A stretch of 64,000 nucleotides of DNA from Candidatus Zixiibacteriota bacterium (GTDB lineage: Bacteria > Zixibacteria > MSB-5A5 > GN15 > JAAZOE01): assembly GCA_036480375.1 (NCBI GenBank), contig JAZGGI010000003.1, positions 141,892-205,891 on the forward strand, written 5' to 3'. Shown piece by piece: positions 36,988 through 46,173 of this stretch (its first letter is position 1; each line of letters opens with the position of its first letter). The notes beneath the pieces are model-generated. The model did not search any database. It saw only the letters and a program-made list of their open reading frames with translations, and was not told where the DNA came from. A program made the translations under genes and the position numbers.

Positions 36988-38709
36988 TTATGATAATTGT
37001 GTAATTGATTCATGTCCTTGATTATCCATTTCGGCATTGAGATTCGCCTTATCGTATTTTTTGAGATATAGACAAAACTCGGTACCCAATCCGAGCTCGG
37101 ATGATGCCTCAACACGCCCTTCCATCGCGTCGGCCAGGCGTGAGACTATTGATAACCCGAGTCCGGAGCCGGATTTTTTTGTAGAATGAAAAGGCATAAA
37201 GACCTTCCCCAGTTGCTCAAAAGGAATGCCCGGCCCGGTATCTCGAACGGATAATTTTATTTCTCCGTTATCCAATTCGGCATCCGTTTCAATTTGAACG
37301 CTGCCCCCGGAATCACCTATGGCTTCGAATGCATTTACTAGAAGATTTATCAGCATCTGCTTTAAGTAGTCTTCATCCCCGGAAATGTAAACTACATTTT
37401 CATGCGAAATGGGCCGGATGCGAATATTATTTCTATAAGACGGGTGACGACGAGCTACTTCAATCACTTCCGAAATAAGCCCGAGAATCTCTACCTTTCG
37501 CAATTCAAGGCGATTGATACATGCGTAGAGAAGAAAGTCGGAAAGGATTTTGTTCAGCCGGGTTGATTCCTTGATAATTAATGAAAGCAGTTTATCATTA
37601 TCGCCCTCAAGATATAAAGAATTCTTGAGAACCTCCACCGATCCGGAGATTGATGCCAGGGGATTTCTAATCTCATGAGCAATGCAGGCCGACAATTCAC
37701 CGATGGCGGCCATTTTATCGGCCTGCCTTATTCTTTGCTCAAACATTTTCGCTTCGGTTAAATCCTGAAAGATGGCAATCACTCCGCGCGTATCAAATTT
37801 CTCATCATAAAGAGTCGAGGTCGATAAACCGATCGGGACCTCTGTGCTGTCGCCGCGTTTTATAACAAATTCAGAACGCGACAATCGTTGCTGGGAATTC
37901 AGGACAGCCATTAGATTTTCGCTGAGAGGTGTCAATTGATTTACGAAAATTCCACGACAATGCTTTCCGGAAACTTCCGCTTCACTCAATCCCAAAATTG
38001 ATTCGGCGGTTCGATTAAAATAGACGATTTCACCATCCTGATCAATCGTTACCAAACCACAATTCAAATGCCAGAGAATATCCCCGGTTTCCAGTCTTGC
38101 CTTTTTGAGGGCAGCCGAAGCCGAGTCGAGCTCAATACCCTTGGATTGCAGCTTTTCGGCGAGATACCCGGCAATAAAGGCAACCAGGTAGAATATCAAA
38201 ATATGCAAAAAGGTGGAATAAAAATGCGCGTCATCGGCATTAAAAAAACTCCCGCCCAACGGTTGCGAAAACAGGTTTTCCTGAACCGGAAGATTTATAT
38301 TTATCCCGGTGACAAAAGCAAAAGTAAGACTTGCGCAAGTAGCGATTAACAACGTTCCGACCAGGCGATAGACCATGGCCGACGAAACGATCGTAAGTAA
38401 AAACAGTATTGAAAACGGCGAATAGAGACTCCCCGTCGAATATACAATGCCCGCCTCATTGACGATTTCAGCCACAAACGTCAGCGCGATTAGAACCCGA
38501 AACAGCAGTCGATAGTCGGTACGGCGCAGGAATACCTGGGAAATCAAAGCCGCCAGGGTAACGAAGCAATACAAATAAAATGAAGTCTGAGTATATGAAG
38601 GAAACCCAAGCCATCCAACGATAGCCCAGAATATAAGGCAAAAATTCATCAGCCGCAACGGCGCAAACCAGCCAACATTAATCCCGGGATATGTCTGTGA
38701 TAGACTCAT
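36988..38709 (-). CDS. PilS-like sensor histidine kinase (polytopic N-terminus, PAS, HisKA, HATPase)
   Basis: About 6 TM segments, a PAS segment, H-box CIAHEIRNPLASISGS, N/G boxes (NLLVNAFEA, DTGPGI, GSGLGLS). Lies directly downstream of pilC. No response regulator is adjacent. Confidence 0.8.
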   Translation of the reverse strand: MSLSQTYPGINVGWFAPLRLMNFCLIFWAIVGWLGFPSYTQTSFYLYCFVTLAALISQVFLRRTDYRLLFRVLIALTFVAEIVNEAGIVYSTGSLYSPFSILFLLTIVSSAMVYRLVGTLLIATCASLTFAFVTGININLPVQENLFSQPLGGSFFNADDAHFYSTFLHILIFYLVAFIAGYLAEKLQSKGIELDSASAALKKARLETGDILWHLNCGLVTIDQDGEIVYFNRTAESILGLSEAEVSGKHCRGIFVNQLTPLSENLMAVLNSQQRLSRSEFVIKRGDSTEVPIGLSTSTLYDEKFDTRGVIAIFQDLTEAKMFEQRIRQADKMAAIGELSACIAHEIRNPLASISGSVEVLKNSLYLEGDNDKLLSLIIKESTRLNKILSDFLLYACINRLELRKVEILGLISEVIEVARRHPSYRNNIRIRPISHENVVYISGDEDYLKQMLINLLVNAFEAIGDSGGSVQIETDAELDNGEIKLSVRDTGPGIPFEQLGKVFMPFHSTKKSGSGLGLSIVSRLADAMEGRVEASSELGLGTEFCLYLKKYDKANLNAEMDNQGHESITQLS

Positions 38710-38710
38710 A

Positions 38711-38738
38711 AGAAAAAGGCGGGCCGACCGGCCCGCCC
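38711..38738 (-). terminator. GC-rich hairpin + U-tract between pilC and the kinase gene
   Basis: The minus strand reads GGCGGGCC-gguc-GGCCCGCC followed by TTTTTCT, ending 2 nt before the kinase ATG. Confidence 0.65.
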
Positions 38739-38745
38739 AATCCGC

Positions 38746-39942
38746 TTAGATTTTTCCTATGATGTCGAACATCGGTAAATACATCGCAATCAAAATACCG
38801 CCAATAATAATACCCATAAATACAATTACCACTGGTTCAATAATCGATGTCAGAGCCGTCACCGCGGCGTCCACTTCCTCGTCATAAAAATCGGCAATCT
38901 TGTTTAACATCTCATCCAATCCGCCCGTTTTTTCACCGACTGAAATCATCTGCGTTACCATCGGAGGAAATACGCCGGTTTCCTTCAAAGGAGCGGTAAT
39001 TGTATCACCTTCGGCAATGGATAAGACTGATTTTTTGATAGCGTCATGAATTACTCTATTTCCGGCCGTTTTGGCGGTAATATCAAGCGCTTCCAGGATC
39101 GAAACACCGGATGAGAGCAAGGTTCCCAGGGTTCTCGAAAACCTTGAAATCGCTGATTTCTTGAGAAGTGTACCCAAAATGGGAAACGCCAGAAAAACCT
39201 TATCGGTATTATACCTGCCTTTGGGCGTTTTGACGTAAAGCTTATAGCCGACAATAAGAGCGATTATGGCGCCTATAATATGCATAAACCTTGTTTCCAG
39301 AAAATTCGATATTCCCAAAATGACTTGAGTCGGTCCCGGCAATTCCGACCCGAGACCTTCAAACATTTTGGCAAACACGGGTACGACGAAAGTCAGCATA
39401 GCGATCGTAACACCGGTCGCCACGACGCTGATAACGATCGGATACATCATCGCCCCGCGAACCTTGCGTATCAAGGCATCGGCTTTTTCACGATAAACCG
39501 CCAGCCTGACGAGAATCACATCAAGAGCGCCGCCCATCTCGCCCGCTTCAACCATATTGGTATATAGCTGATCGAATACTTTGGGATGACGGGCCAAAGC
39601 GTCAGACAAAGTTGTGCCGCCCTGCACCGATTCCTTTACTTTATTTAACACTTTGCGCAGTTCAACCGAATCGACCTGAGAAGCAAGAATCTCCAGACAT
39701 TGAATCATCGGCAAGCCGGCACCGATCATGGTCGCGAATTGACGAGTAAAGCGGGAAATATCCTGCTTTTTTATTCCGGTACCGAATTTGATCGCTATAT
39801 CCGCCGGTTTTTTGCGAATACTGGAAACAAGTATTCTATTCTGCCTGAGAACTCTTTCCATATCCTGCTGATTCTTAGCCTTTAGCGTACCGCTGACCTG
39901 GGCTCCGGCCAATGTCTTACCTTTATATTCAAATTCCGGCAT
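38746..39942 (-). CDS. pilC: type IV pilus assembly platform protein PilC (GspF family)
   Basis: Two T2SSF repeats, three TM segments, about 400 aa. Start MPEFEYKGKTLAGAQVSGTLKA is typical. Confidence 0.92.
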   Translation of the reverse strand: MPEFEYKGKTLAGAQVSGTLKAKNQQDMERVLRQNRILVSSIRKKPADIAIKFGTGIKKQDISRFTRQFATMIGAGLPMIQCLEILASQVDSVELRKVLNKVKESVQGGTTLSDALARHPKVFDQLYTNMVEAGEMGGALDVILVRLAVYREKADALIRKVRGAMMYPIVISVVATGVTIAMLTFVVPVFAKMFEGLGSELPGPTQVILGISNFLETRFMHIIGAIIALIVGYKLYVKTPKGRYNTDKVFLAFPILGTLLKKSAISRFSRTLGTLLSSGVSILEALDITAKTAGNRVIHDAIKKSVLSIAEGDTITAPLKETGVFPPMVTQMISVGEKTGGLDEMLNKIADFYDEEVDAAVTALTSIIEPVVIVFMGIIIGGILIAMYLPMFDIIGKI

Positions 39943-39954
39943 ACAATTTACTCC

Positions 39955-41031
39955 TTACGCAAACGCGGGCGACGGTTGTCTGGATAAAAGCTCATTCAAT
40001 TCCTGCGGATTGGAACTGCGTCCCGTCGCGTCATTCATGGTTATTTTCCCCGTACGATATAATTCGGCCAGAGACATATTCATCGTGCGCATCCCATACT
40101 TCTGCCCTGACTGAATCATACTATATATTTGATGAATCTTATCGTCGCGAATAATGGCCCGGATGGCGGGCGTACATACCATCACTTCCAATGCCAGCGC
40201 TCGCCCGCCGCCCATGCGGGGGATTAATTGCTGGGCAACAACCGCCTGCAGTGTGAACGATAAGGTAACCCGAATCTGTTCCTGTTGATTGGTCGGGAAT
40301 ACATCGATAATGCGGTTTATTGATTCGGCGGCCGAGTTGGTATGCAGAGTCGCGAATGCGAGATGGCCGGTTTCTGAAATATTCAAAGCCGCCTCGATTG
40401 TTTCCAGATCTCTCATTTCACCGACAAGAACAACATCGGGATCTTCACGCAAAGCGTATTTTAACGCCGACGCGAACGATGGCGTATCGCTGAATACCTC
40501 TCTTTGATTTACAAGACAGTTATTATGCCGATGCAAATATTCAATCGGATCTTCAACAGTCAAAATATGTTCATGCCGCTCACGATTAATCTTGTCAATA
40601 ATAGCAGCCAATGTAGTCGATTTGCCCGAACCGGTCGGACCGGTTACGAGAACCAAACCGCGCGGTAAATTCGCCATTTCGGAAACTACTTTCGGCAATC
40701 CCAGTTCTTCAAAAGTTTTTATCTTAAATGGAATTTGCCTTATGGCCACGGCAATGTTTCCCCGTTGACGAAAAACATTGCAACGAAATCGACTCAAACT
40801 CTCAAGGCCAAACGACAAATCCAGCTCATTGTTTTCTTCGAATTTTTTCCGCTGTTTCTCATTCATGATGCTATAAGCCAGCTTCAAAGTCATTTCAGCA
40901 GTCAAAACTTCATGCTCGGTCCGAACCAAATTTCCATCAATTCTGGTCATAGGCGGAATCCCAACCGTAAGATGCAAATCGGAGGCCCCCTTCTTAACCA
41001 TTTCCTGGAGAAGATCTCTCAAGGTTACCAT
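39955..41031 (-). CDS. pilT: type IV pilus retraction ATPase PilT
   Basis: Walker A GPTGSGKSTT, Asp box, the AIRAIIRDDKIHQI PilT motif. About 358 aa. Confidence 0.93.
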   Translation of the reverse strand: MVTLRDLLQEMVKKGASDLHLTVGIPPMTRIDGNLVRTEHEVLTAEMTLKLAYSIMNEKQRKKFEENNELDLSFGLESLSRFRCNVFRQRGNIAVAIRQIPFKIKTFEELGLPKVVSEMANLPRGLVLVTGPTGSGKSTTLAAIIDKINRERHEHILTVEDPIEYLHRHNNCLVNQREVFSDTPSFASALKYALREDPDVVLVGEMRDLETIEAALNISETGHLAFATLHTNSAAESINRIIDVFPTNQQEQIRVTLSFTLQAVVAQQLIPRMGGGRALALEVMVCTPAIRAIIRDDKIHQIYSMIQSGQKYGMRTMNMSLAELYRTGKITMNDATGRSSNPQELNELLSRQPSPAFA

Positions 41032-41261
41032 GTTATCTCCTAAAATAAAGCAACTAAATAAATAGCGGAATTGCGCCTCTATCGTATCATTAATTTTATC
41101 GGTAAATCAATAGAAAATCTTAAGTGACACCGATTTAAAACAATAATAATAAGCTGTTGTGCTTAAACAAGTTGGGTAAAGTTTCCGGCATGACATTTTT
41201 AAGAGGCTTAATTCTTATTCTCAATAATTATTGATGGATTGTTAAAAGGAATTTCGGTCTT

Positions 41262-42959
41262 TTACGTACCCGTCACGGCGAAGACTTCTTTGAGACTGAT
41301 CAAGCCGTTCATCATCTTATCAAGCGCGGCCATACGCAATGTCAGCATGCCCTCTTCAATAGCCTCGTTTCGAATTTGAACATCGGTGGCATTTTTCAGT
41401 ATTAAATCTTCAATTGCCGCCGAAACCGGCATAACTTCGAAAATACCGGCTCGACCCGATTGACCGGTGCCGTTACAATCATTGCAGCCGGGCGATTCAA
41501 AAACATCCCGGGTTGTGATGCAGCTCTCGGGAACGTCGAGGTTCTGAATATCTTCATCGGTGAGAGTATATTCTCTCTTGCAATTGAGACATAATTTTCT
41601 CGTCATACGCTGAGCCATAATCAACCGCGTTGCCGAAGATACCAGATAGTTGGGTATGCCCATATCGATAAGTCGATTTATCGATGAGGGCGCGTCGTTG
41701 GTATGCAGGGTCGAAAATACAAGGTGTCCGGTTAGCGCCGCGCGGATGGCGATCTCGGCCGTCTCACCATCTCGAATCTCACCGACCATGATTACGTCGG
41801 GGTCCTGTCGCAGGAAAGACCGTAGCGCTCTGGCGAACGTCAGACCAATATCCGATTTGACGGCTATCTGATTAATTCCGTCGAAGTTAAACTCCACCGG
41901 GTCTTCGGCGGTCATGATATTAATATCTTCAGTATTGATCTGTTTCAAAGCCGAATATAGCGTCGTCGTCTTACCGGAACCGGTCGGCCCGGTTACCAGA
42001 ATAATCCCGAACGGTAGATGAATAGCGTTATCGAATCGTTTCAGCGAATATTCGGTAAATCCGAGCCTGGTCATATCGACCATCAAAGCCTGCGGATCCA
42101 AAATTCGCATAACCACCTTCTCGCCAAAAATGGTCGGCAACACCGAAACACGCAGGTCAACGGTGCGATTATCGAGTTTAATTTTGATGCGTCCGTCCTG
42201 GGGCAAACGCCGTTCGGAAATATCCAGCTCCGACATGATTTTTATACGAGATATAATCGCCGCCCGGTATTTGAACGGCAGCGGATCCATCTCCTTAAGG
42301 TTACCATCGATTCGATAGCGAACGCGAATCCGTCTTTCGTACATTTCGATATGAATATCGGATGCCCCGGTACGGACCGCTTCTTTGATAATTGAATCAA
42401 CCAGGCGAACCAACGGCTTGTCCTGAACCGCCGACTGCAAATCGCTTTCGCTGAGCTCGTCCTCGGAAACGGAAACGACTTCGAGTTCTTCTTCATCTTC
42501 AAGACCTTTGAGGATTTCGCTAACCCCGCTATCCGAACGATAATATTTTTCAATTGCCTTGTTGATGGAATTTTCGGGAGAAATAACCGGCTGTACATTG
42601 CATCCGGTGATAAATTTAATGGCGTCAAGGACATAAACATTATTAGGGTCGGCAATGGCGACGATGAGAGTTTTCTTGAGCTTTGAAACGGCGATAACAT
42701 TAAATTTCCGGGCAATATCACTGGGAATCAGGGCAACAATTTCAGGGTTTAACTCTACGTCAGCGAGACGTAATGACCCCATATTCAATTGCTTGCTGAT
42801 AAAATCGGAAAGCTCTTCCTCGCTGCCAATAGCTCCCACTTTGACGAGAGCTTCGCCAAAATGTTCCTTATTTTGCTCTTTCATGGCCAGCGCTTTTTCC
42901 AATTGATCTTCGGAAATTTTGCCGGCCTTTACCAGCATGGCTCCTAATTCAGCGGACAT
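41262..42959 (-). CDS. pilB: type IV pilus extension ATPase PilB (GspE family)
   Basis: T2SSE_N repeats at the N-terminus (LGAMLVKAGKISEDQLEKALAMKEQ...FGEALVKVGAI). Walker A GPTGSGKTTT. Tetracysteine motif CLNC...CNDCNGTG. Confidence 0.92.
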   Translation of the reverse strand: MSAELGAMLVKAGKISEDQLEKALAMKEQNKEHFGEALVKVGAIGSEEELSDFISKQLNMGSLRLADVELNPEIVALIPSDIARKFNVIAVSKLKKTLIVAIADPNNVYVLDAIKFITGCNVQPVISPENSINKAIEKYYRSDSGVSEILKGLEDEEELEVVSVSEDELSESDLQSAVQDKPLVRLVDSIIKEAVRTGASDIHIEMYERRIRVRYRIDGNLKEMDPLPFKYRAAIISRIKIMSELDISERRLPQDGRIKIKLDNRTVDLRVSVLPTIFGEKVVMRILDPQALMVDMTRLGFTEYSLKRFDNAIHLPFGIILVTGPTGSGKTTTLYSALKQINTEDINIMTAEDPVEFNFDGINQIAVKSDIGLTFARALRSFLRQDPDVIMVGEIRDGETAEIAIRAALTGHLVFSTLHTNDAPSSINRLIDMGIPNYLVSSATRLIMAQRMTRKLCLNCKREYTLTDEDIQNLDVPESCITTRDVFESPGCNDCNGTGQSGRAGIFEVMPVSAAIEDLILKNATDVQIRNEAIEEGMLTLRMAALDKMMNGLISLKEVFAVTGT

Positions 42960-43116
42960 TAATGTCTCTCCGGTGATGCATGTATACTTTCCTGTAAATG
43001 TGCCCTGTATATAAATCCGCGGAACGCGGGCGGGATCAGGGGGCGATGCGCTAAACTAATATATCAACGCCGCGCCTTCCCTGCCGCGGCGGCCGCGATT
43101 TGCTTTCTGCTCAGGT

Positions 43117-43605
43117 TCAATCCTTAAATATATCATCCAGCTTATCGCCCGCCGAGGCAGCAAAATCGGCTGACACTTCCGGATGCTCCTGGTGGGAACG
43201 ATCCGAAATTTGTGTAAACACTTTGGCCAACTCTTCCGATGCTTCCTTGGAGTACAGGCGGACCATACCTATTGTTGTGCGATCGTCAAAAATCACAACC
43301 ATTATCGAACGCTCGCCCACGATTGACATGTGGATATGGTCTTTCTTGCCCTGATGAAACAAGACCGAAAATTCAGATTCTCCAACCAGTCGAGCGATCT
43401 CTTTGGTTGAAGCAAACGAACCGGCCAGTAGCGCCGCCAGGGCGGTCGTATCCAGGGAGTGCGTAAATCCCTGGCGCGTGATGAGGTGGCCGTCCTTATC
43501 AACCAATAGGGCGCATTTCGCTTCCGCGCCCTTCAAAAGTTTGGTCAATAAAGAATCAATCCGCTCGATCTCTTCCTCATATAATATCAGACTATCATCA
43601 CTCAC
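43117..43605 (-). CDS. mglB: MglB (Roadblock/LC7 GTPase-activating partner of MglA)
   Basis: Collinear with my recollection of Myxococcus MglB: LYEEEIERI..., ALLVDKDGHLITRQG, DTTALAALLAGSF, FHQGKKDHIHMSIVGERSIMVVIFDDRTTIGMVRLYSKEASEEL, and an acidic C-terminal DKLDDIF. Confidence 0.88.
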   Translation of the reverse strand: MSDDSLILYEEEIERIDSLLTKLLKGAEAKCALLVDKDGHLITRQGFTHSLDTTALAALLAGSFASTKEIARLVGESEFSVLFHQGKKDHIHMSIVGERSIMVVIFDDRTTIGMVRLYSKEASEELAKVFTQISDRSHQEHPEVSADFAASAGDKLDDIFKD

Positions 43606-43621
43606 GGGAATTTCCTCCCCT

Positions 43622-44845
43622 TTATTTTAATCCAAACAATCGCTTGAAGAATGACCACTTTTGGGGTTTTTCGGTCGATTCGGCTCGCAGCGAAGGCGCC
43701 ATTTGAGGATGTGAAGACTGAACCTTTTCTTCATCCCCGATGCTCGGATTATTAGTTTCGGCTTTGGTTATTTCTAATTTATCACTTTTCGTTTGACGCG
43801 TTACTTTCATTCGTTCTTCATCTTCCGTCGTATTGCCCGGGAACGGCCTGTAAGCGGGCTTGGGAGGCGGAGCTTTTTCTATATTTTGCTCCACCGGCTC
43901 GCGCTGAAATTCAACGGGCTGTTCCGGGGATTCGGGCACGGGCGGCACAACCGTCTGCTGCGTGACCTGCTCCAATGGAACCGACGTATTATGAGTCATA
44001 GACGCGGCCGGAGCGACCGGCTGGGGTATCGGGTGGACAGGTTTTTCAGGAACGATGGAGGCCGGCGCTGGTGCTGGTTGAGCAATCGGTTCCGGAGGCG
44101 GTTGAACAGGCCCGGATTGAGGTAACGGGGCCGGCTGTGCCTGAGGCTGAGGAATCGGCGGAGGCGGTGATTGAGGAATAGCTTGAGGCTGAAGAGCCGA
44201 TGCGGCGTTTGCCTTAGGTTGAGCCGGGGCTGCGGCAGGTTGGCTGGGCTGGGTGCCTGCTCCAGCTGATTTGGCCTTATCCAATACCAACTTCAAAATA
44301 CACTTCAGGGTGTCAAAGACGCCAAAACCTTCTGTCGCCGAAGCACAAAATTCAGGCCAGTTGCAGGCATTTAGAGCGGCATGAAGCTCTTCTGCGCTTA
44401 ACACTCCGGGTAAGTCCTGTTTATTATATTGAATGACAAACGGCATTTCATCGATCTTGAAATCGTATTCGGCCAGGTTTTCCTTAAGATTATTCAGTGA
44501 TTCGATATTTTCATCCAGTTTATCCGGTTGCGAATCGGCCACAAAAACAACTCCGTCAGCACCGCGTAAGACGAGCTTTCTGGTGGCATTGTAATAAACC
44601 TGTCCAGGTACCGTATAGAGCTGAAATTTGGCGTCAAAACCGTTTATCTTTCCAATATTAATTGGTAGGAAATCAAAATACAAAGTCCGGTCAGAGTCCG
44701 TTGCCAGCGAAATCAACTTACCCTTCGTATCAGACGGCACCTTGGCATGCACATATTGCAAATTTGTCGTTTTACCCGATAAACCGGGACCGTAATAGAC
44801 GATTTTACAGCTAACTTCTCTCGATGCGTAATTTATTGATACCAT
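43622..44845 (-). CDS. mglA: MglA-type Ras-like GTPase with Pro/Gln-rich C-terminal extension and terminal amphipathic helix
   Basis: The first ~195 aa are near-collinear with MglA (INYASREVSCKIVYYGPGLSGKTTNLQYV...TDRTLYFDFLP...YTVPGQVYYNATRKL...VFVADSQ...QYNKQDL). A ~210-aa low-complexity P/Q/A tail follows and ends in KWSFFKRLFGLK. Confidence 0.9.
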   Translation of the reverse strand: MVSINYASREVSCKIVYYGPGLSGKTTNLQYVHAKVPSDTKGKLISLATDSDRTLYFDFLPINIGKINGFDAKFQLYTVPGQVYYNATRKLVLRGADGVVFVADSQPDKLDENIESLNNLKENLAEYDFKIDEMPFVIQYNKQDLPGVLSAEELHAALNACNWPEFCASATEGFGVFDTLKCILKLVLDKAKSAGAGTQPSQPAAAPAQPKANAASALQPQAIPQSPPPPIPQPQAQPAPLPQSGPVQPPPEPIAQPAPAPASIVPEKPVHPIPQPVAPAASMTHNTSVPLEQVTQQTVVPPVPESPEQPVEFQREPVEQNIEKAPPPKPAYRPFPGNTTEDEERMKVTRQTKSDKLEITKAETNNPSIGDEEKVQSSHPQMAPSLRAESTEKPQKWSFFKRLFGLK

Positions 44846-44855
44846 GTATCTTCTC

Positions 44856-45206
44856 TTAGTAAACTGCTTCCTGATTATTTAATTTACTTATCGCGTTTTT
44901 GATTTCCAGCCGGACTAATCCAATATTGACTTCCGGCTCAGTAATAACTACCAAAACACCCATTTCCACTTCACTGAAAAATAACTTGGCGTTGTCAGCT
45001 TCAACCGTAACCTGCTTCAAGGGCGGCGACTGGAGCCGATCAAGCGATTTTTGCACATTGGAAATAACCGACGCAGCCAGGGCGCCGATCGCATCCTCTT
45101 CAATTTGAGTGTTGAGGTCGGCCGCGATAACAATTCCATCGTTACCAACAACCATACTGCCGATTATTCCGCTCGTCTTGTTTAGTCCCTCAAGAATTTG
45201 ATACAT
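44856..45206 (-). CDS. stand-alone Roadblock/LC7 domain protein (MglC-like paralog)
   Basis: GIIGSMVVGNDGIVIAADL...AIGALAASVISNV...GVLVVITEPEVNIGLVRLEIKNAI fits the Roadblock pattern. The internal ATG at 45206 is preferred over 45251 because it gives less overlap with the upstream gene. Confidence 0.75.
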   Translation of the reverse strand: MYQILEGLNKTSGIIGSMVVGNDGIVIAADLNTQIEEDAIGALAASVISNVQKSLDRLQSPPLKQVTVEADNAKLFFSEVEMGVLVVITEPEVNIGLVRLEIKNAISKLNNQEAVY

Positions 45207-46158
45207 ATTGATCCTCCACCCTGACAAACAAAGCCGGGCTGTATCGTTCATTGATATATTTTCTGATCATATCCGCAGCCTGAGCCATTCGAATATGAAT
45301 GGTCTCATCTATATTTTCTTCAGTCATAACCATCAAGATAAATCTCTCTATCCGACGCATAATAATACGCTTATTATTTGTCGTGATATCCAGCTTACTG
45401 GGATTTCCTACCGGACTAAAGTGATTCAATAATCTTCGATTTTCATTTTCAATAATGATCGCGGCCGGAGCCCACAATTCTATATCTTCATCACAGCGAC
45501 TAAAATTAGCCAGAGTAAGACCTTCTTCATCTATAAGGAGCGACATCTTAACCGCGGCTGATTCTCCGATATACTGCACAGCCCTCTCCAGTTGATTATC
45601 GCCATCCGCTTGTGGGGTCGATGTAACTTCAAATATCTGCTTATCGGTCTCCATTTCACTGAAACTTTGCGACTGTAAAGGGGCAATAGGCTCGGTGATT
45701 TCAGAGGAAACAGTCTCTTTCTCTTCAATATGAGGTTCAAAAACGAATTTTTTCGGCCTTTCAGGATTCAAACTGGATGCTAAATGCAAATACGCCGGGC
45801 GTAAAACAAAAGGAGCTGAAACTACATGAAGTATTATGGCCGGTAAATATTTGCCCATTCCGAGAGAAAAAGCAACCGAGCTATCGAGTCCATACATTAT
45901 TATAATAGCCAGGCCAAACGCTGCCCCCAATCCCATCCGAAACACCATTGTTAGCGCCGAACCAATCAGAATAGTTATCAGCGGAATCTCTCTGCGGAAG
46001 GAATATAAAACGAAACCGTAGAACGCCATCTCATAGAGCATATATAAGGCCGAAGCCGATAATAACGGCAATCCCAATTTATTGGGGAAAATAACCATCG
46101 GTATCACTACCAAAATCAGCGATGCGAGCAGTATAAGACTTTTAATATTCTTTTCCAT
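45190..46158 (-). CDS. polytopic membrane protein with C-terminal Roadblock/LC7-like domain
   Basis: The N-terminal ~130 aa has 4-5 TM helices. A linker follows, then AVKMSLLIDEEGLTLANFS...NKRIIMRRIERFILMVMTEENIDETIHIRMAQAADMI, which has Roadblock-like topology. Confidence 0.65.
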   Translation of the reverse strand: MEKNIKSLILLASLILVVIPMVIFPNKLGLPLLSASALYMLYEMAFYGFVLYSFRREIPLITILIGSALTMVFRMGLGAAFGLAIIIMYGLDSSVAFSLGMGKYLPAIILHVVSAPFVLRPAYLHLASSLNPERPKKFVFEPHIEEKETVSSEITEPIAPLQSQSFSEMETDKQIFEVTSTPQADGDNQLERAVQYIGESAAVKMSLLIDEEGLTLANFSRCDEDIELWAPAAIIIENENRRLLNHFSPVGNPSKLDITTNNKRIIMRRIERFILMVMTEENIDETIHIRMAQAADMIRKYINERYSPALFVRVEDQYVSNS

Positions 46159-46173
46159 AACAGATCCTTTTGA

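Noticed and set aside
41032-41261. Small ORF (19 aa, MSCRKLYPTCLSTTAYYYCF) in the pilB-pilT spacer
   Set aside because: No Shine-Dalgarno and an AT-rich context. It is indistinguishable from chance.
43793-44125. Arg/Gly-rich 110-aa plus-strand ORF
   Set aside because: It is antisense to the Pro/Gln-rich tail of mglA and arises from a CCN/CAG codon bias artefact.
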